A stretch of 38,546 nt of DNA from a virus (Duplodnaviria; Caudoviricetes). Location of the stretch: the IMG/VR virus record IMGVR_UViG_3300030095_004611, positions 1 to 38,546 of that record; one strand, written 5' to 3'. Shown here in pieces: positions 35,358-38,546 of the stretch; within the stretch, counting starts at the first letter, position 1; each line of letters opens with the position of its first letter. The notes beneath the pieces were generated by a model. The model had not been told where the DNA came from and searched no databases. It was given only the letters and a program-made list of their open reading frames with translations. The position numbers and the translations under genes are program-made.

Positions 35358-37138
35358 TGGCTGAAATTACCATTGCGGATGCAACACCTAGAGTACAATA
35401 CACTATTGGAGGGACAGGTTCTACTGGTCCTTTTACGATACCTTGGCCGTATTTTTCTGTAAGTGATATTAAAGTTTATTTCGACAATACGCTTAAAACT
35501 ATTACTACGCATTATACGATTGCAGGCACGGCTGTTGATGATGGTTTTTCAGGAGGTGCTATAACTTTAGTAGACTCTCAGACAAACATTACGGTTACTG
35601 TTGTAAGAGATATTCCTATTGAAAGAACCACAGATTTTCCTGTTGGCCCCTTTAATGTTAAAACACTTAACAAAGATCTTGATAAATTATACGCAATAGC
35701 TCAACAAGCGGAAGAAAACTTTTCTCGTAAGGTAGGTAGATCTGCTACTGACACAACAACATTTTCATTAGATCTCCCTGCAAGTACTGGAACTGCTAAA
35801 ACACTAATGTTAGATAGCTCTAATGGTATGACACTTGGAGCAACGACAACAGAAATTGAAGCTGCATCTACCCAAGCAACTGCGAGTGCTTCAAGTGCAA
35901 CTGCGAGTGCTTCGAGCGCAACTGCTAGTGCAACCTCTGCAACATTATCTGGGAATTATGCAGTTAAAGTTGATGGTGTGGTTACTGGATCAGATCACTC
36001 AGCCAAAGCGTGGGCGGTTGGTGGTACTGGCGTTACTGATACATCTTCTAAAGGAGCGGCTAAAGAGTGGGCAACTGAAACTTCTGGCACTGTGGACGGT
36101 ACATCTTTTTCTGCAAAGGAATACGCTCAAGGCACTCAAGGATCAACTGGTGGTTCGGCAAAATCATGGGCGCAAGATACTAATCAAGTAGATGGTGCTG
36201 GGACTAATGATCGATCTGCAAAGAACTGGGCGCAAGGCGCAAGTATGACCGGATCAACGCTGGGTGGGTCGTCAAAAGATTGGGCGCAAACCGCTGAAGA
36301 TAGCGCTGTTAACGGCTCAGAGTTTTCCGCAAAACACTATTCAGCTAAAGCAAGCGCATCAGCTAGTGCCGCCGCTTCAAGCGCAACTGCCGCCGCTTCT
36401 GGGCAAATTTATTCCACTGTTGCAAATCAAACTGCGGCTACATTGTCTCCAGCATTATCTGCTGATGGTACATATTACCTTTGTGATACATCGAGTAATT
36501 CAATTACTGTGACGCTACCAGCTATCGGTACAACCGAGGGTGCAAAACTGACGTTTCAAAAAACTCACGCTTCTAACAGTCTAATTTTTCAACGCAGTGG
36601 TAGCGACACGCTTAATGGATCGGCTAGTAATATCACCTTAACTGATGTGGATGCACAGATACTTTTTGTCAGTGATAATAACAGTCCTGACAATTGGGTT
36701 GGAACCAGTTTAAATCAAATGCAAGCTGGTACGGGTTTGACTAAAACTGGCTCGGTAATGTCAGTCACCCAATCACATTTAAAACAGGTTATTGCAATAG
36801 CGTGTTCAGATGAAACAACTGATCTAGCCGCTGGAACTGCGGCGGCCACATTTCATATGCCCTATGCGTTCACGCTGACGGGGGTAAAAGCTGGCGTTAC
36901 GACTGCGCCTGTCGGATCGGTTCTCACGGTAGATATAAATGAAGCTGGTTCAACAATACTATCAACTAAGCTGACAATTGATGCTAGTGAAAAAACCTCT
37001 GCCACTGCCGCAACTGCCGCTGTGATTAGTGATACTGCCCTTGCAGACAATGCTTTGATGACCGTTGATATAGATGGGGTGGGTTCATCGACAACTGGAG
37101 CGGGTTTAAAGATTTATTTGATCGGATATGCTACATGA
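35357..37138 (+). CDS. Tail fibre protein
   Basis: T7 gp17-like N-terminus (FTIPWPYF...IKVY...R.TDF...LNKDLD), Ala/Ser linkers, SAKxWA repeats. Confidence 0.85.
   Translation: MAEITIADATPRVQYTIGGTGSTGPFTIPWPYFSVSDIKVYFDNTLKTITTHYTIAGTAVDDGFSGGAITLVDSQTNITVTVVRDIPIERTTDFPVGPFNVKTLNKDLDKLYAIAQQAEENFSRKVGRSATDTTTFSLDLPASTGTAKTLMLDSSNGMTLGATTTEIEAASTQATASASSATASASSATASATSATLSGNYAVKVDGVVTGSDHSAKAWAVGGTGVTDTSSKGAAKEWATETSGTVDGTSFSAKEYAQGTQGSTGGSAKSWAQDTNQVDGAGTNDRSAKNWAQGASMTGSTLGGSSKDWAQTAEDSAVNGSEFSAKHYSAKASASASAAASSATAAASGQIYSTVANQTAATLSPALSADGTYYLCDTSSNSITVTLPAIGTTEGAKLTFQKTHASNSLIFQRSGSDTLNGSASNITLTDVDAQILFVSDNNSPDNWVGTSLNQMQAGTGLTKTGSVMSVTQSHLKQVIAIACSDETTDLAAGTAAATFHMPYAFTLTGVKAGVTTAPVGSVLTVDINEAGSTILSTKLTIDASEKTSATAATAAVISDTALADNALMTVDIDGVGSSTTGAGLKIYLIGYAT
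35876..35943 (+). repeat. 21-nt tandem repeat x3 (ATASASS)
   Basis: GCAACTGCGAGTGCTTCAAGT-like units. Confidence 0.8.
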
Positions 37139-38546
37139 GTTTCATAATGAGGCCAGCACGGTTCGCGCCTACTGGTGTAACAATCGCGAACTCTGCTTTG
37201 TTTAACAGTGCTAATTCTGAAGACCTATCTCGTGGTTCGATGAGTGGAACTGCGACAACTTGGACGGCAAGTTTGTGGGTCAATCGATGTTTGCTCGGTG
37301 ACACAAACGCACGTTTTTTGTTCACTACTGCTAGTGACGCTGGACTTGCTTTTTCAAATAATTCAACAGCAGACGTCTTGGCTTGGTACGGTGGCAGTTA
37401 CACAGCAACCACTGCATTATTCCGCGATACAAACGGGTGGTATCATATTGTGGTCAAAAACGTGAGTGGCACAGGCACGGTTTATGTTAATGGTGTTGAA
37501 GTGTTGGGTAGCCTCACAGTACCTAGTGCAGATGCAACAATGGCAATCGGTTCCTATAATAATTCTTCATCTTATTTTGACGGATACATTGCACAATTTG
37601 CTTTCGTTGACGGCACAGCAAAAAATCCCAGCGACTTTGCAATTTCGTCAGAAGATGGAAATTATTGGACGCTAAAAAGTGATAACGATGTTAAAGTTAT
37701 TGTAGATGCTGGCGGGAGCAATTCGTTCTTACTAGATATGTCATCAAATGCTCAGACAGATGCTAGCTCGAAGAGCAACTCTTTTACAAATAATAATACT
37801 GTGGTGACGGTCTCAGGTCATACCCCAACGAACATAAGTTGTTTATTAAGCTCATTATGGAAAAACAATTCTTCGGTTTTGAGTAATGGAAATAGAACAA
37901 TAAATGAAGGGCCGACGGGTTGGCAATTCAATATGGCTACTCTAGGTGTGTCTTCGGGAAAATGGTACTGGGAAGTTAAGGCTGAAGCGTTAAGTGATGG
38001 CGAGGCCATGATGACGGGAATTGCGAATGATAGTATAGATGCCCAAGGCACCAACTCAACAGGCACAGGCTTCTATGGCTATTCATCATACGGTGTAACG
38101 TATTCAAGTAGTTCAGCTAGTTACGGAAATACATATGGCGATGACGATATTATCGGCGTTCAGCTTAATATGGATGACGGGGAAATTCATTTCTATAAAA
38201 ATAATACAATTCAAAATTCTGGTACGGCAGCTTTTACGGGATTGAGTGGCACGTATTATCCGATGACTGCGGTTTATAACATTTACCACCCTGTACATAG
38301 ATTTGCAGAAGATGAGTGGAGTTACTCTGCACCAACAGGCTATGTATCTTTAAATACAACTAACATAGCAAAAGCTGTGACGTTAGCCACAGATACGGTT
38401 GATGATTATTTCAGAACAATTTTGTACACTGGAAATGGATCAACCCAAACAATTACCACAGCTATTCGGCCTGATTTTGTTTGGGTAAAAAATCGGACTA
38501 GTTCTGGCCCAGTAATTGTGGACGCTGTTCGAGGTGCAACCAAAAT
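37135..38546 (+). CDS. LamG/ConA-like plus SPRY domain tail protein (3' truncated; absent from the ORF track)
   Basis: ATG overlaps the fibre stop; MSFIMRPARF...LFRDTNGWYHIVV...YVNG; ATLGVSSGKWYWEV; LYTGNG...PDFVWVKNR. Confidence 0.8.
   Translation, partial: MSFIMRPARFAPTGVTIANSALFNSANSEDLSRGSMSGTATTWTASLWVNRCLLGDTNARFLFTTASDAGLAFSNNSTADVLAWYGGSYTATTALFRDTNGWYHIVVKNVSGTGTVYVNGVEVLGSLTVPSADATMAIGSYNNSSSYFDGYIAQFAFVDGTAKNPSDFAISSEDGNYWTLKSDNDVKVIVDAGGSNSFLLDMSSNAQTDASSKSNSFTNNNTVVTVSGHTPTNISCLLSSLWKNNSSVLSNGNRTINEGPTGWQFNMATLGVSSGKWYWEVKAEALSDGEAMMTGIANDSIDAQGTNSTGTGFYGYSSYGVTYSSSSASYGNTYGDDDIIGVQLNMDDGEIHFYKNNTIQNSGTAAFTGLSGTYYPMTAVYNIYHPVHRFAEDEWSYSAPTGYVSLNTTNIAKAVTLATDTVDDYFRTILYTGNGSTQTITTAIRPDFVWVKNRTSSGPVIVDAVRGATK

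Noticed and set aside
18065-38298. Numerous antisense and alternate-frame ORFs within structural genes
   Set aside because: Shadow ORFs of long, motif-supported + strand genes
35357-38546. Diversity-generating retroelement as in BPP-1
   Set aside because: No reverse transcriptase and no TR/VR pair seen; the unsequenced gap cannot be excluded
1-38546. Terminal repeats/circularity and alternative genetic code
   Set aside because: The window ends do not overlap; genes read intact under the standard code with all three stop codons used

Overview
Most of the genome of a temperate, AT-rich podovirus. The window starts and ends inside tail-fibre-type genes and shows no terminal redundancy. It has a T7/BPP-1-like morphogenesis module on the + strand (terS, terL, portal, scaffold, capsid, tail tubes A/B, three ejection proteins, fibres) but no RNA or DNA polymerase. 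The rest comprises a lysis module, a lambdoid early region mostly on the - strand (cro/cI switch, initiator with iterons, Holliday resolvase, exonuclease, annealing protein, SSB, xis/int) and an attP carrying the 3' half of a tRNA-Thr(GGT). The protein families suggest an aquatic proteobacterial host (inference). Highlights: (1) a ~600-nt non-coding, densely base-paired element between the early arm and terS, a candidate large ncRNA; (2) an ADP-ribosyltransferase-like domain inserted in the largest ejection protein; (3) a CI repressor lacking the S24 catalytic dyad; (4) a structured capsid-gene leader with a duplicated internal-loop motif; (5) a holin-like gene apparently starting at ATC; (6) a late-promoter motif and a TGCA-N4-TGCA operator. 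All family assignments come from motif recognition by eye; no database search was run.
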